Of a DNA stretch of 64,000 bases, positions 53,797-63,462 are shown piece after piece (the first letter of the stretch is position 1; every line of letters starts with the position of its first letter). Origin of the DNA: an uncultured Chloroflexia bacterium (lineage in GTDB: Bacteria; Chloroflexota; Limnocylindria; Limnocylindrales; CSP1-4); the NCBI GenBank assembly GCA_963706095.1, contig OY970149.1, forward strand, positions 1,859,398 through 1,923,397, read 5' to 3'. The notes beneath the pieces are model-generated. The model made no database searches. It had not been told where the DNA came from and worked only from the letters and a program-made list of their open reading frames with translations. The position numbers and the translations under genes were made by a program.

Positions 53797-55980
53797 CTAA
53801 GCGCTCTTGGCGCGGGCGGCCCCGACTCCGGCCTCGTCCGGAAGCCGGCCGGCGGCGGGGAGATAGAGCTCTTCGACGTACTCCTGGAGCATTCGGCTCG
53901 TCGAGAACTGCCAGACCGTGCTGGCCATCGACTCCTTCATGGTGCTCAGCCAGCGCCGCGGCAGTCCGTCCTTGTCGCGATCGTAGTAGGCCGGGATGAT
54001 CTCGTTCTCCAGGAGCCGATACAGGTCTTGAGCATCTGCCCAGTCCTGGGCGCCCTCGTCGGCACTGGCCTCGCGGCCGCCGATTGCCCAGCCGTTCGTG
54101 CCGTTGAAGCCCTCGTCCCACCAGCCGTCGAGCACCGACACGTTGATCACGCCGTTCATGGCGGCCTTCATGCCGCTCGTCCCTGACGCCTCGAGCGGCC
54201 GGCGTGGATTGTTGAGCCAGACGTCGACGCCCTGGACCAGGTAGCGGCCGACGCGGATGTCGTAGTCCTCCATCACGAACACGCGCCGGGCAAACTTCGG
54301 GGAGCGGCTGCGGGTGAATATGTCCTGGATCACGCGCTGGCCGGGCCGGTCGGCCGGATGCGCCTTGCCCGCGAACACGATCTGCACCGGACGCTCGTCG
54401 TTGAGCAGGATGCGCGCCAGGCGCTCCTCGTCCGAGAAGATGAGTGCCGCGCGCTTGTACGTGGCGAAGCGGCGCGCGAAGCCGATCGTCAGCACCTCGT
54501 GATCGAGCGCCACGGCCAGGTCCTCGAGCAGCGCCGGCGCCTCGCCGTGGCGCGCGAACTGCGACTGCAGCCGGCGCCGGCAGAAGTAGGCCAGCTCGAG
54601 CTTCTGACGCCGGTGTCGCCTCCCAGAGCTGGGAGTCGGACAGGGTCGTCACCTTCTTGACCAGGGTCGTGGGCTCCGGGTCGAGGTTGTCGAGATCGCC
54701 GCCGATGCCCTCGTACAGCTGGCGCGTCGGCTGGCCAACCCACGACGGCGGGTGTACGCCGTTGGTGATGCCCAGGATCGGGTTGGCGATGATCGCGCTC
54801 CAAGTCGCGTTGGCGGTCTCGGCGTGAAGCTTGCTGACGGCGTTGGCGCCGTTGGTCTGGCGCAGCGAAAACGCGGTCATGTCGAACTGCTCGGCATCGT
54901 TGTCCGGCCCACGAGCGAGCTGGATCAGGCGCTCGATATCGAGTCCGGTGTCAGCCACGAGGGGAGCCGCGAGCTTGCGCACGAGCGAAGCGTCAAAGCG
55001 CTCGTTGCCGGCCGATACCGGCGTGTGGATCGTGAACACGGCGTTGCGCTTGACCTTGGCCAATGCCTCGTCCATGGTCGCGCCGTCGAGCGTCAGCTCG
55101 CGCATGCGCTCGACGATCATGAACGCGGAATGTCCTTCGTTGAGGTGCCATACGCGGGGCTCGATCTTGAGCGCGCGCAGCGCACGCACGCCACCCACGC
55201 CGAGCACCATCTCCTGGTGCAGACGCATCTCGCGGCCGCGGACGTAGAGGATGTGCGTGATCGGCCGGTCGGCGACGTCGTTGTCGGGGATGTCCGTGTC
55301 GAGTAGCAGGAGCGGCACGCGCCCGACCTGGGCCAGCCAGACGGCGCACCACACAGTGCGTCCGGGCATCTCGACGCCGACCGTCAGCGGATCGCCGTCG
55401 GAGCCCGCAACGCGCTGACGGGCAGCCGATCTGGGTCGTAGTCGGGGTAGGCGTGCTCCTGGTGGCCGTCAGCGTCGATCGTCTGTCGGAAGTAGCCGTG
55501 GCGATAGAAGAGGCCCACGCCGATGAACGGAATGGCCATGTCCGACGCTGCCTTGAGATGGTCTCCGGCCAGCACACCGAGGCCGCCGGAGTAGATGCCG
55601 AGCGACTCGTTGAGGCCGTACTCGGCACAGAAGTAGCCGACCGGGCCGTCCAAGTCGCGGCCGTGCGCACGCTCGAACCAGTGACCCGAGCCGTTCTCCA
55701 TGTAGCGGTCGAACTCGTCGACGAGGGTCCGGTACTCGGCCATCAGGTCGACGTCCTCGAGAACGGCCGACCAATCGCGATGGACCTGCAGCAGGGGCAC
55801 GGGGTTGCGGTGGCGCAGCCACGACTGGACGTCGATGCGGCGGAACAGGACGCGCACCCGCGGATGCCACATCCAGTAGTGGTTGTAGGCAAGTCGCTCG
55901 AGACCCTGGAGTTGCGCGGGGAGCCGCAGCCCTGCCGGCGGCAGGGTCGATATGTCTATCCCATGTGGCACGGCGGGCAT
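53797..55980 (-). pseudogene. glgP: Alpha-glucan (glycogen/maltodextrin) phosphorylase, interrupted by one deletion and one insertion
   Basis: Pieces lie in ORFs 55384..55998 (DUF3417-like N-terminus), 53714..55369 and 53797..54513, the last containing the PLP site EASGTSGMKAAMNG. Frame switches are at ~55405 (-1, G-run) and 54616 (+1, GCG-A-CAC). The net change is 0 and the 2184-nt span is a multiple of 3. Confidence 0.85.
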
Positions 55981-56106
55981 CCTACATGAGCCCCACACCC
56001 AACGCGGTTCCGATCAGCCGGCCTACAGATAACGTTTTCTGAATTCGCACGTGGCGCTCCGCGGGTGGCACTTGGCGCTGCGCGCGGCGGCTACCATTCG
56101 TCGCCA

Positions 56107-57552
56107 ATGCGCATCGCCATGATCGCCTCCGAGTGCGAGCCGTACGCCAAGACGGGCGGCCTGGCAGATGTGGTCGACGCCCTCGCGCGCGCGCTCGGCC
56201 AGGCGGGCCACGAGGTCGACGTCTATCTGCCGCGCTACCGCGGGCTGGATCCGCTCGATGGATCGTCACGGCTGGAGCTGAGTGTTCCGACCGGCACCGG
56301 TCAGCCCGTCGAGGTCGCGCTGTGGACGGCCCAGGGGCGTGGCTACCGACTGCGGCTGGTCGATCACGCGCCCAGCTTCGACCGGCCCGACTACTACGTC
56401 ACCGAGCCGGGCGCCGGAGTCGATCATCCCGATAACGGGTTTCGATTCACGCTGCTGGCGCGCGCTGCGCTCGAGACGATGCAGGCCGAGGGCCGGTCCG
56501 TCGACATCATCCACGGCCACGACTGGGAGGGAGCGCCGGCCATTCTCCTGGCGCGCTGGCGCTACGACCGCGACACGCCGGTCGGCGGCGCTGCGACGGT
56601 GATGAGCTGTCACAACCTCGCCTACCACGGCTGGGTGCCACGCGCGGTCGCCGCCGAGCAGCTTGACCTGCCAATCGACGTGGGCGCCGTGGACGGCGTT
56701 GACCTGCTGCGCGAGGGAATCCTGGCCGCGGACGTGGTCAACACGGTTTCGCCCGGGTTTGCCGGGGAGTCGCTGACGCCAGAGTTCGGGGCGGGCGTCG
56801 ACGACGTCCTGCGCTCGCTCGGCGATCGCTACGTCGGCATCCTCAACGGCATCGACACCGAGCTCTGGAACCCAGCGACGGATCCGGACATTCCGGCACG
56901 CTATTCCGCGCTCGACCTGTCGGGCAAGGCCGACTGTCGCGCGTCATTGTGCGGCGAGCTCGGGCTCGCGGACGACGGGCCGCTCCTGGCGATGGTCTCG
57001 CGTCTCGACCCGCAGAAGGGCTTCGACCTGGTTGCGGCCGCGGCCGAAGAGCTCGTCGCCGACGGCGCCCGCATCTGCGTCCTCGGAACCGGCGACAGAT
57101 CGCTCATCGAGGGGTTGCAGATCTTTGCGGAGTCGGACGCCGGCCGCGGCCGCGTGGCCGTCGTCGATCGCTTCGACCGCGGCCTGGCGCGGCGCATGTA
57201 CGGGGGTGCCGACGCGTTCCTGATGCCGTCGCGCTTCGAGCCATGCGGCCAGGGCCAGATGATCTCGATGCGCTACGGCACGGTGCCGATCGTGCGCGCG
57301 ACCGGCGGCTTGCGCGACACGGTCACCGACGCCGACCTGGATCCGGAACGTGGCACCGGCTTCGTCTTCGAGGCAGCCGAGCCGACCGCGCTGGCCGTCG
57401 CGTGCCGACGCGCGATGGCCGTGCTGCGCGAGACAGCGACCTGGAGCGCGATCCAGCAGCGCGGCATGGCGCTCGACTTCTCGTGGCGCGGACCTGCCCA
57501 GGAGTACGTCACGCTGTACCGTCGCGCGCAGGAGATCGCGGCCGCCCGTTAG
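56107..57552 (+). CDS. glgA: Glycogen synthase (ADP-glucose type)
   Basis: ORF 56065..57552. Start at ATG 56107 (MRIAMIASECEPYAKTGGLADVV, the canonical GlgA N-terminus). C-terminal ...PSRFEPCGQGQM... is present. Confidence 0.9.
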   Translation: MRIAMIASECEPYAKTGGLADVVDALARALGQAGHEVDVYLPRYRGLDPLDGSSRLELSVPTGTGQPVEVALWTAQGRGYRLRLVDHAPSFDRPDYYVTEPGAGVDHPDNGFRFTLLARAALETMQAEGRSVDIIHGHDWEGAPAILLARWRYDRDTPVGGAATVMSCHNLAYHGWVPRAVAAEQLDLPIDVGAVDGVDLLREGILAADVVNTVSPGFAGESLTPEFGAGVDDVLRSLGDRYVGILNGIDTELWNPATDPDIPARYSALDLSGKADCRASLCGELGLADDGPLLAMVSRLDPQKGFDLVAAAAEELVADGARICVLGTGDRSLIEGLQIFAESDAGRGRVAVVDRFDRGLARRMYGGADAFLMPSRFEPCGQGQMISMRYGTVPIVRATGGLRDTVTDADLDPERGTGFVFEAAEPTALAVACRRAMAVLRETATWSAIQQRGMALDFSWRGPAQEYVTLYRRAQEIAAAR

Positions 57553-57567
57553 TTGGTTGGCTGTTAG

Positions 57568-59809
57568 CTAGTTCGAGATCACCGCTATCGCGTCGATGTC
57601 CACTCGCGGCCGGCTCGTCGGTTGCCCGTCCACCTCGATGACCAGGGAATGCGGCCCCGACGCCGACCATGACGTCGCGAACAGCATCTGGCGGTTGCGC
57701 TTGGCTCCGGCATATGTGTCGATGGTTGCGGCGACGCTGCCGTCGACCCGAACCTGGGCACGGCCGCGTGCCGGACCGCGGCTACCGATCCAGGCCACGC
57801 TCCGGCCGGTGAAAGCGAGGGTGACAGTGGCGCCATCATCTGTCGAGAACACGGGCACATCGCTTTGTGAGTCATTGAGCCGCGCCGGTTGCCAGGCGCC
57901 GGCGAGGTCGACCGGTGCCACCGGCTGGTAGACCGTGACGACGGAGCTTCGACCGAGCCTCCACTCGCGCCAGACTCCGCCTACTCGAGCACGGACGCGG
58001 TACTGATATCTGACTCCGGCCGCCGCGCTGACGTTGATGCCGAGGCCGCGCGTCTGCCCGACGCTGACCCATTGGCCGCCATCCACGCTGCGCGCCAGCG
58101 CGTAGCGCCCGGCGTTGGCCACGGCCGGCCAGCTCGACTCGAACCGGGATGGTGACGACCCCGGCTATTACGCCTGCACGCAGTGACATGACCGGTCCCC
58201 CGGCGGCGCTGTCGGAGTCGAAGACGATCAGCCGGAAAGTTGCCCGGTCCGTGTGGGCGCCTGCGGTGCCGGTGGCCGTGACGTTGTACGTGCCCGGCGC
58301 AGCGTTGGCCGGCACGTCGATGGTCAGTGTCCGCGCCTCGATGTTGGCCTCGGCACCGGGCGGCAACGTGTCGCCATCGACGGCCAGGTTGACGGCCGCG
58401 CCGAAGCCCGCGACACGGGCCACCCAGAGCCGGTTGCTGATGGTCGATCCGGCGGCACCGCGAACGACGTGGCGGCGCACGCCGATCTCGAAGAAGGGGT
58501 CAAGCGCGAAGCTCGAAACGAAAAGTGCGGGCTCACGCACGCTGCCGTTCCGGTTGCGATCTGAGTCGGTCGTCGTATTCCAGTCGAGCGTGCCCTTGGC
58601 CACCAGCGCGGCGCGCACCTGTTCAGGCGTCGGTCGGTCGCGGCCGGCGGCCTCCTCGGCGAGGTAGTACAGCGCCGCGCCGCCGGCCACGTGGGGCGTG
58701 GCCATCGACGTACCGGTCATTAGGCCCAGACGATCCACGGGCAGCGTCGAGAGCACGCACGTGCCCGGCGCAATCAGGTCAATGTCGGCGCCGTAGTTGC
58801 TGAAGCTGGCGAAGGCATCGTCGGCGGTGGTGCGCGGGCATTCGTCGGGTGGCGCGCCAGGGGCAGGAGGCGCGGGGACGTTGTCGGGCCGGCCGTTCCA
58901 ATCGGCCATCGCCGCGACCGTGATCACCTCGTCGTATGCGCCGGGGATGTAGCCCGCCGCGTCACGGCCGGCATTGCCCGCAGCGACGATCATCGTCACG
59001 CCCGCTTCGTTCACGCGGCAGACGGCCTCGTGGAGCAGATCAGAGCTGGTGCGTCCGCAGTCGCCGTCGTCAGCGCCGCTCGCGGCCAAGCTCATGTTGA
59101 CGACCTCGATCGTGGGCGTGCCATCGCTGCCGCGCATCGCGGCCACACGGTCGAGGCCGCACATCACCCATGACCAGTAGCCGTTGCCGCTCGAATTCAG
59201 GACCTTGATCGCCCACAGCCGTGCGCCCTGGGCGACGCCAGCGACCCCACGGCCGTTCTGTTTCGCGGCGGCGATGCCGGCGACGTGCGTTCCGTGGCCG
59301 AAGTTCTTTCCGTCGCCGTACGCGTCGGGGCCGCCGGTGTCGGTGCAGTTGTAGCCGCCGACGACGTTCAGCTCGTGGTTGTCGGGCTGGATGCCGGTAT
59401 CGAGCACGGCGATGTCAACGTCGAGGCTGTCTGTGTCGCGCAGGGCGTTGCCGGTCGCGCCGGTGCGCGACAGCCCCGGCTGGATCTCGTCCGGGTTGAT
59501 CGGATAGGGGTCTCCAGCCGAGTGAATCGGCAGATCGGGCACGATCATGCGTACGCGTGGGTCAGCGGCCAGAACGTCGCGTTGAAGGCGCGTCATGGAT
59601 GCCGCGAAGCCGTTGACCACGTTGCTGAAACGCTGTCCTGGCAAGACACCGAGCCGCGCCCTGGCCGAGCTGACGACGTCGCTGATGCGTTCGCCCGACT
59701 CGAGCTGGACGATCCAGCGCTGGCGCATGCTGCCGCTGGCCGCGGCCGGCTGAAGCCCGAGCGCGAACAGGCATGCGATGGCTGCGACGATTGCTAGAAC
59801 ACGGCGCAC
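57568..59809 (-). pseudogene. Secreted subtilisin-like (S8) serine protease with C-terminal Ig/FN3-like domains, one frameshift
   Basis: ORF 57872..59809 carries the signal peptide and the catalytic triad (DTGI, HGTHVAG, GTSMATPHVAG). The C-terminal domains continue in ORF 57568..58122 (...WPAVANAGRYALARSVDGGQW...). A single +1 insertion lies somewhere in 58128-58165. The 2242-nt span minus 1 nt is 2241 nt, a multiple of 3. Confidence 0.8.
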
Positions 59810-59904
59810 GGCTGCTCCACCCTGGTCTGGCTCGGTCGAGATCGAAGCCTACAGCGGCAGTGAACGCCCGATGAGGCCTCTCGCGACGCCAGGCACCCGA
59901 TACG

Positions 59905-60732
59905 ATGCCGGCCATGAGCGAAGTAGAGAGCGGTCGAAGTCCGCACATTCCGACCGGTCTCTTGACCGGCCGCAAGGCGCTGATATTCGGCGTCGCCAAC
60001 GATCACTCGATTGCCTGGGGGATTGCGCGGGCACTGCACGAGGCGGGCGCAGAGGTCGGCTTCAGCTCGATCGAGATGCTCATCGAGAAGCGCGTGCGCC
60101 CGCTCGCCGAATCGATCGGATCGACGTTCGTCGAGCCGTGTGACGTCCAGAACGATGCAGACATCGAGCGTGTCTTCAGCCGTTGGGAGCAGGAGCGCGG
60201 ACGGCTCGACATCATGGTTCACGCCCTCGCCTTCGCCAAGCGCGAGGAGCTCGACGGCCGCTTCGTCGACACCTCGCGCGAGGGTTTCGCGCTCGCGCTC
60301 GACGTCAGCGCCTACTCGCTGGTCGCGCTCGCTCGCGGGGCCGCGCCGCTGATGTCCGGCGGTGGGACGATGCTTACGCTCAGCTACTACGGCGCCGAGA
60401 AGGTCGTCCAGAACTACAACGTGATGGGTGTCGCCAAGGCTGCGCTCGAGGCGTCGGTGCGCTACCTGGCCGCTGACCTTGGGCCTGACGGGATCCGCGT
60501 CAACGCGATCTCGGCGGGGCCGATCCGCACGCTGGCCGCGCAGGGAATCTCTGGTTTCAAGACCATGTACGGCCGCTTCCCCGACGTGGCGCCGTTGCGC
60601 CGCAACGTGTCCATCGATGACGTGGGCGCCACGGCCCTGTACCTGGCCAGTGACCTGTCCGCGGGCGTGACCGGCGAGACGATCTACGTCGATGCCGGCT
60701 TCAACATCCTGGGCGTGCCCGCGGAGGCCTGA
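59905..60732 (+). CDS. fabI: Enoyl-ACP reductase [NADH]
   Basis: ORF 59905..60732, 275 aa. Motifs [13 protein letters not shown] and [13 protein letters not shown] (Y-x6-K) are present. Confidence 0.9.
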   Translation: MPAMSEVESGRSPHIPTGLLTGRKALIFGVANDHSIAWGIARALHEAGAEVGFSSIEMLIEKRVRPLAESIGSTFVEPCDVQNDADIERVFSRWEQERGRLDIMVHALAFAKREELDGRFVDTSREGFALALDVSAYSLVALARGAAPLMSGGGTMLTLSYYGAEKVVQNYNVMGVAKAALEASVRYLAADLGPDGIRVNAISAGPIRTLAAQGISGFKTMYGRFPDVAPLRRNVSIDDVGATALYLASDLSAGVTGETIYVDAGFNILGVPAEA

Positions 60733-60794
60733 CCAACACGGCACGTATCCCTTCTCTGGGACCCCGCGGCGAGGGCTGGGTTGCGCTCCAGTTC

Positions 60795-61217
60795 GTGCTT
60801 CTCGGGGCGATTGTCGCGGCGGGTGTCGTTGCCCGAACAGCCGTCGACGGTCCGCCGTTCGTGGTCGCGCTGGTGGCCGGCGTCGGCCTGATCGTCGGTG
60901 GCCTGGCCCTGGCGTACCTCGGTGTGCGCGACCTCGGAAGATCGCTGAGTCCGATGCCGCGGCCGCTCGAAGGCGCCACGCTCGTTGAGAGCGGCGCCTA
61001 CGCCCATGTGCGCCACCCGATCTATGCCGCGCTGATCCTGATCGCTCTGGGGTGGAGCGTCGCCACGACCTCGCTGGTGGCGCTCGGTTTGACCGCCGTG
61101 TTGGCGCTCGTTCTCGATCTCAAGTCACGGCGCGAGGAGGAGTGGCTCGAGGAGCGTTTCTCCGGCTATGCCGCGTACGCAACTCGCACCAGCCGGTTCA
61201 TTCCGCGCGTGTACTGA
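60795..61217 (+). CDS. ICMT/PEMT-like membrane methyltransferase family protein (minimal ORF; may extend upstream)
   Basis: ORF 60795..61217 (GTG). Motifs ...LVESGAYAHVRHPIYAA... and ...EEEWLEERFSGYAAYATRT are typical of the family. In-frame upstream codons read ...SLGPRGEGWVALQF with no ATG/GTG/TTG. Confidence 0.65.
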   Translation: MLLGAIVAAGVVARTAVDGPPFVVALVAGVGLIVGGLALAYLGVRDLGRSLSPMPRPLEGATLVESGAYAHVRHPIYAALILIALGWSVATTSLVALGLTAVLALVLDLKSRREEEWLEERFSGYAAYATRTSRFIPRVY

Positions 61218-61270
61218 CACCGTGACACTGAAGTTCGCAGCCGGAACGACCGAACGAAGTGACGGGTGGC

Positions 61271-63331
61271 TCAGGCATCCTCGCGGGACGTGGCCATCGC
61301 CGTGATTGATGACCACTCGCGCGGCCTTGCGGCCGCCGGACGCCATTCGCTCTCAGCATCGGCAACCTCGATCCGACCGTCGAACAGGGCGTCGAACGTA
61401 TCGCCGTCGATGCGTTCCTGCTGGACGAGGTAGACGCCGATGCGACGCAGCGTGTCCATGTTGTCGATGAGAGTCTGGCGCGCGGTCGCGTAAGCCTCGT
61501 CGAGGATCGCGGCGACCGCGCGCGTGGCCGCGGCCTGGAGCTCGGACGGCAGTGCTGCGTTCTGCTTTGCCGCGAAGAAGGACAGAGAGCCGCGACCTTC
61601 CTGGTCGGCCTCGTGCGGATCGCGGCCCATGCCCCAGCGATTGACCATCATCGACGCGATGTGCGTCGCCTTCTCGAAGTCGTTGGCGGCGCCGGGCGTC
61701 ACCTCGTGGAAGAGCAGCTCCTCGGCCGCTCGGCCGCCCATCAGCGCGACGAGTCGGGCGCGCAGGTCCGACTCGGCCGGCAGGTCGTTGTCCTCCTGGG
61801 AGCTGACCGTCACCCCAAGCGCCTCGCCGTGGGCGAAGAGCGATATCTCCTCGACCCGGCGCGTGTCGCCATGGACCTTGCCGCAGATGGCGTGGCCCAC
61901 CTCGTGAGCAGCGATGATGGCCCTGTCGCGGTCATTCATGGAGCGCCGCCGGCCCGTGCCCACGGCGACCTTCAGCCAGCCGTTGTGGATGTCGTCGTTG
62001 CCGATCTCGCGCGACTCGCGCCGCGCGGCCAGGATCGCCGCCTCGTTGAGCAGGTCGGCCAGCTGCGCGCCCGAGAAGCCGTAGGTCTTGCGCGCGACAT
62101 GGTCGAGTTCGACATCAGCGGCCAGCGGCTTGCCCCGCGCGTGGACCTCGAGGATCGCGCGCCGCCCGGCAACGTCTGGCAGGCCGACGTGAACCTTTCG
62201 GCTGAAGCGGCCAGGTCGGAGCAGAGCTTCGTCGAGGATGTCGAGCCGGTTGGTCGCGGCGATTACCACGATCTCGCTCGACGTGCCAAAGCCGTCGAGC
62301 TCGACCAGCAGCTGGTTCAGCGTCTGCTCGCGCTCCTCGTGCGAGTTCGAGCCACCGCGCGCCTTGCCCAGCGCGTCGAACTCGTCGATGAAGATGACGC
62401 CCTTGCCCAGCTTGCGGGCCTGCGCGAAGAGGTCGCGCACACGGCGCGCGCCGACGCCCACGTACTTTTCAACGAAATCGGAGCCACTGGCGTGGTGAAA
62501 CGGGACGCCGGCCTCGGTGGCGACGGCGCGCGCGAGCATGGTCTTGCCCGTTCCCGGTGGCCCGTACATGAGGATGCCGCGAGGCACGCGCGCGCCGAGC
62601 GACCGGAACCGGGCCGGCGAGCGCAGGAACTCGATCGGCTCGGCGAGCTCGAGCTTGGCCTCTTCGCAGCCGGCAACGTCGGCCAGATGGACGGCGTTGC
62701 CGTCGCCGATGGGCGCCGACGGCGCCACTGCAACCGCCGCGGCCACCGATCCGTTGCTGCGCGGAGTGGCGGGCATGATGGTCGAGAAGCGGCCCGACCC
62801 ACGCCGCGCCAGTAGAGGGACGCGGTCGCGGACCTGCCACAGCAGGAATGCGGCCGTGCCGACGAGCAGCGCCAGCATCCCGAAGTTGATCGCGTTGCGG
62901 AGCGGGTCGCTGGCCCCTGCCGCAAGCCGTGATGCGGCATCCATTCGTTCGCGCACATTGGCCGTGAGCAGGTCGCCATAGCCGAGTACGGCTATTGCTC
63001 GCGCTCCATCGGGCACGGAGGTCACCATCTGGATGGCGACGTACCCACCGGCCAGGCGCTCGGCCACGAGCATCTCGCCACCGGCGCTATTGCGGCCGAG
63101 AGTGATTGCCTTTACCTGCGCCGCATCGATCTCGTCAGCGAGCTGAAGGAGCGTCAATCGCTCGCCGGCAGTCGGCTCGGGAAGACCTGCGGTCGAGGTG
63201 GCAGGCCTGTTGTTGTTGAGCAGTAGCGAGCCGGCGACCGCGGCGACAATCAGGATCAGGGCCGCGGCTCCGAGCCACGCGCGAGGGTGCCGGCTCAGCC
63301 TGCCGCGAATTCTCAGCCACAGTGCGCGCAT
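61271..63331 (-). CDS. FtsH-like AAA+ zinc metalloprotease paralogue
   Basis: ORF 61271..63331, 686 aa. Two TM segments, Walker A GPPGTGKT, Walker B IIFIDEFD-like (VIFIDEFD), SRH region and HEVGHA zinc motif are present. Confidence 0.85.
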   Translation of the reverse strand: MRALWLRIRGRLSRHPRAWLGAAALILIVAAVAGSLLLNNNRPATSTAGLPEPTAGERLTLLQLADEIDAAQVKAITLGRNSAGGEMLVAERLAGGYVAIQMVTSVPDGARAIAVLGYGDLLTANVRERMDAASRLAAGASDPLRNAINFGMLALLVGTAAFLLWQVRDRVPLLARRGSGRFSTIMPATPRSNGSVAAAVAVAPSAPIGDGNAVHLADVAGCEEAKLELAEPIEFLRSPARFRSLGARVPRGILMYGPPGTGKTMLARAVATEAGVPFHHASGSDFVEKYVGVGARRVRDLFAQARKLGKGVIFIDEFDALGKARGGSNSHEEREQTLNQLLVELDGFGTSSEIVVIAATNRLDILDEALLRPGRFSRKVHVGLPDVAGRRAILEVHARGKPLAADVELDHVARKTYGFSGAQLADLLNEAAILAARRESREIGNDDIHNGWLKVAVGTGRRRSMNDRDRAIIAAHEVGHAICGKVHGDTRRVEEISLFAHGEALGVTVSSQEDNDLPAESDLRARLVALMGGRAAEELLFHEVTPGAANDFEKATHIASMMVNRWGMGRDPHEADQEGRGSLSFFAAKQNAALPSELQAAATRAVAAILDEAYATARQTLIDNMDTLRRIGVYLVQQERIDGDTFDALFDGRIEVADAESEWRPAAARPREWSSITAMATSREDA

Positions 63332-63462
63332 CGATCCCCACCATGAAGCAAGTGGGACCGAACGAGCGCGCCGCCTCTGGCCTGCCCCCTCAAACAGGTC
63401 CCGTTATGTCCTTGCAATGTAGCACGGCGCGAACGCAACGCCGCTGAGAGGATCGGCTTCAG

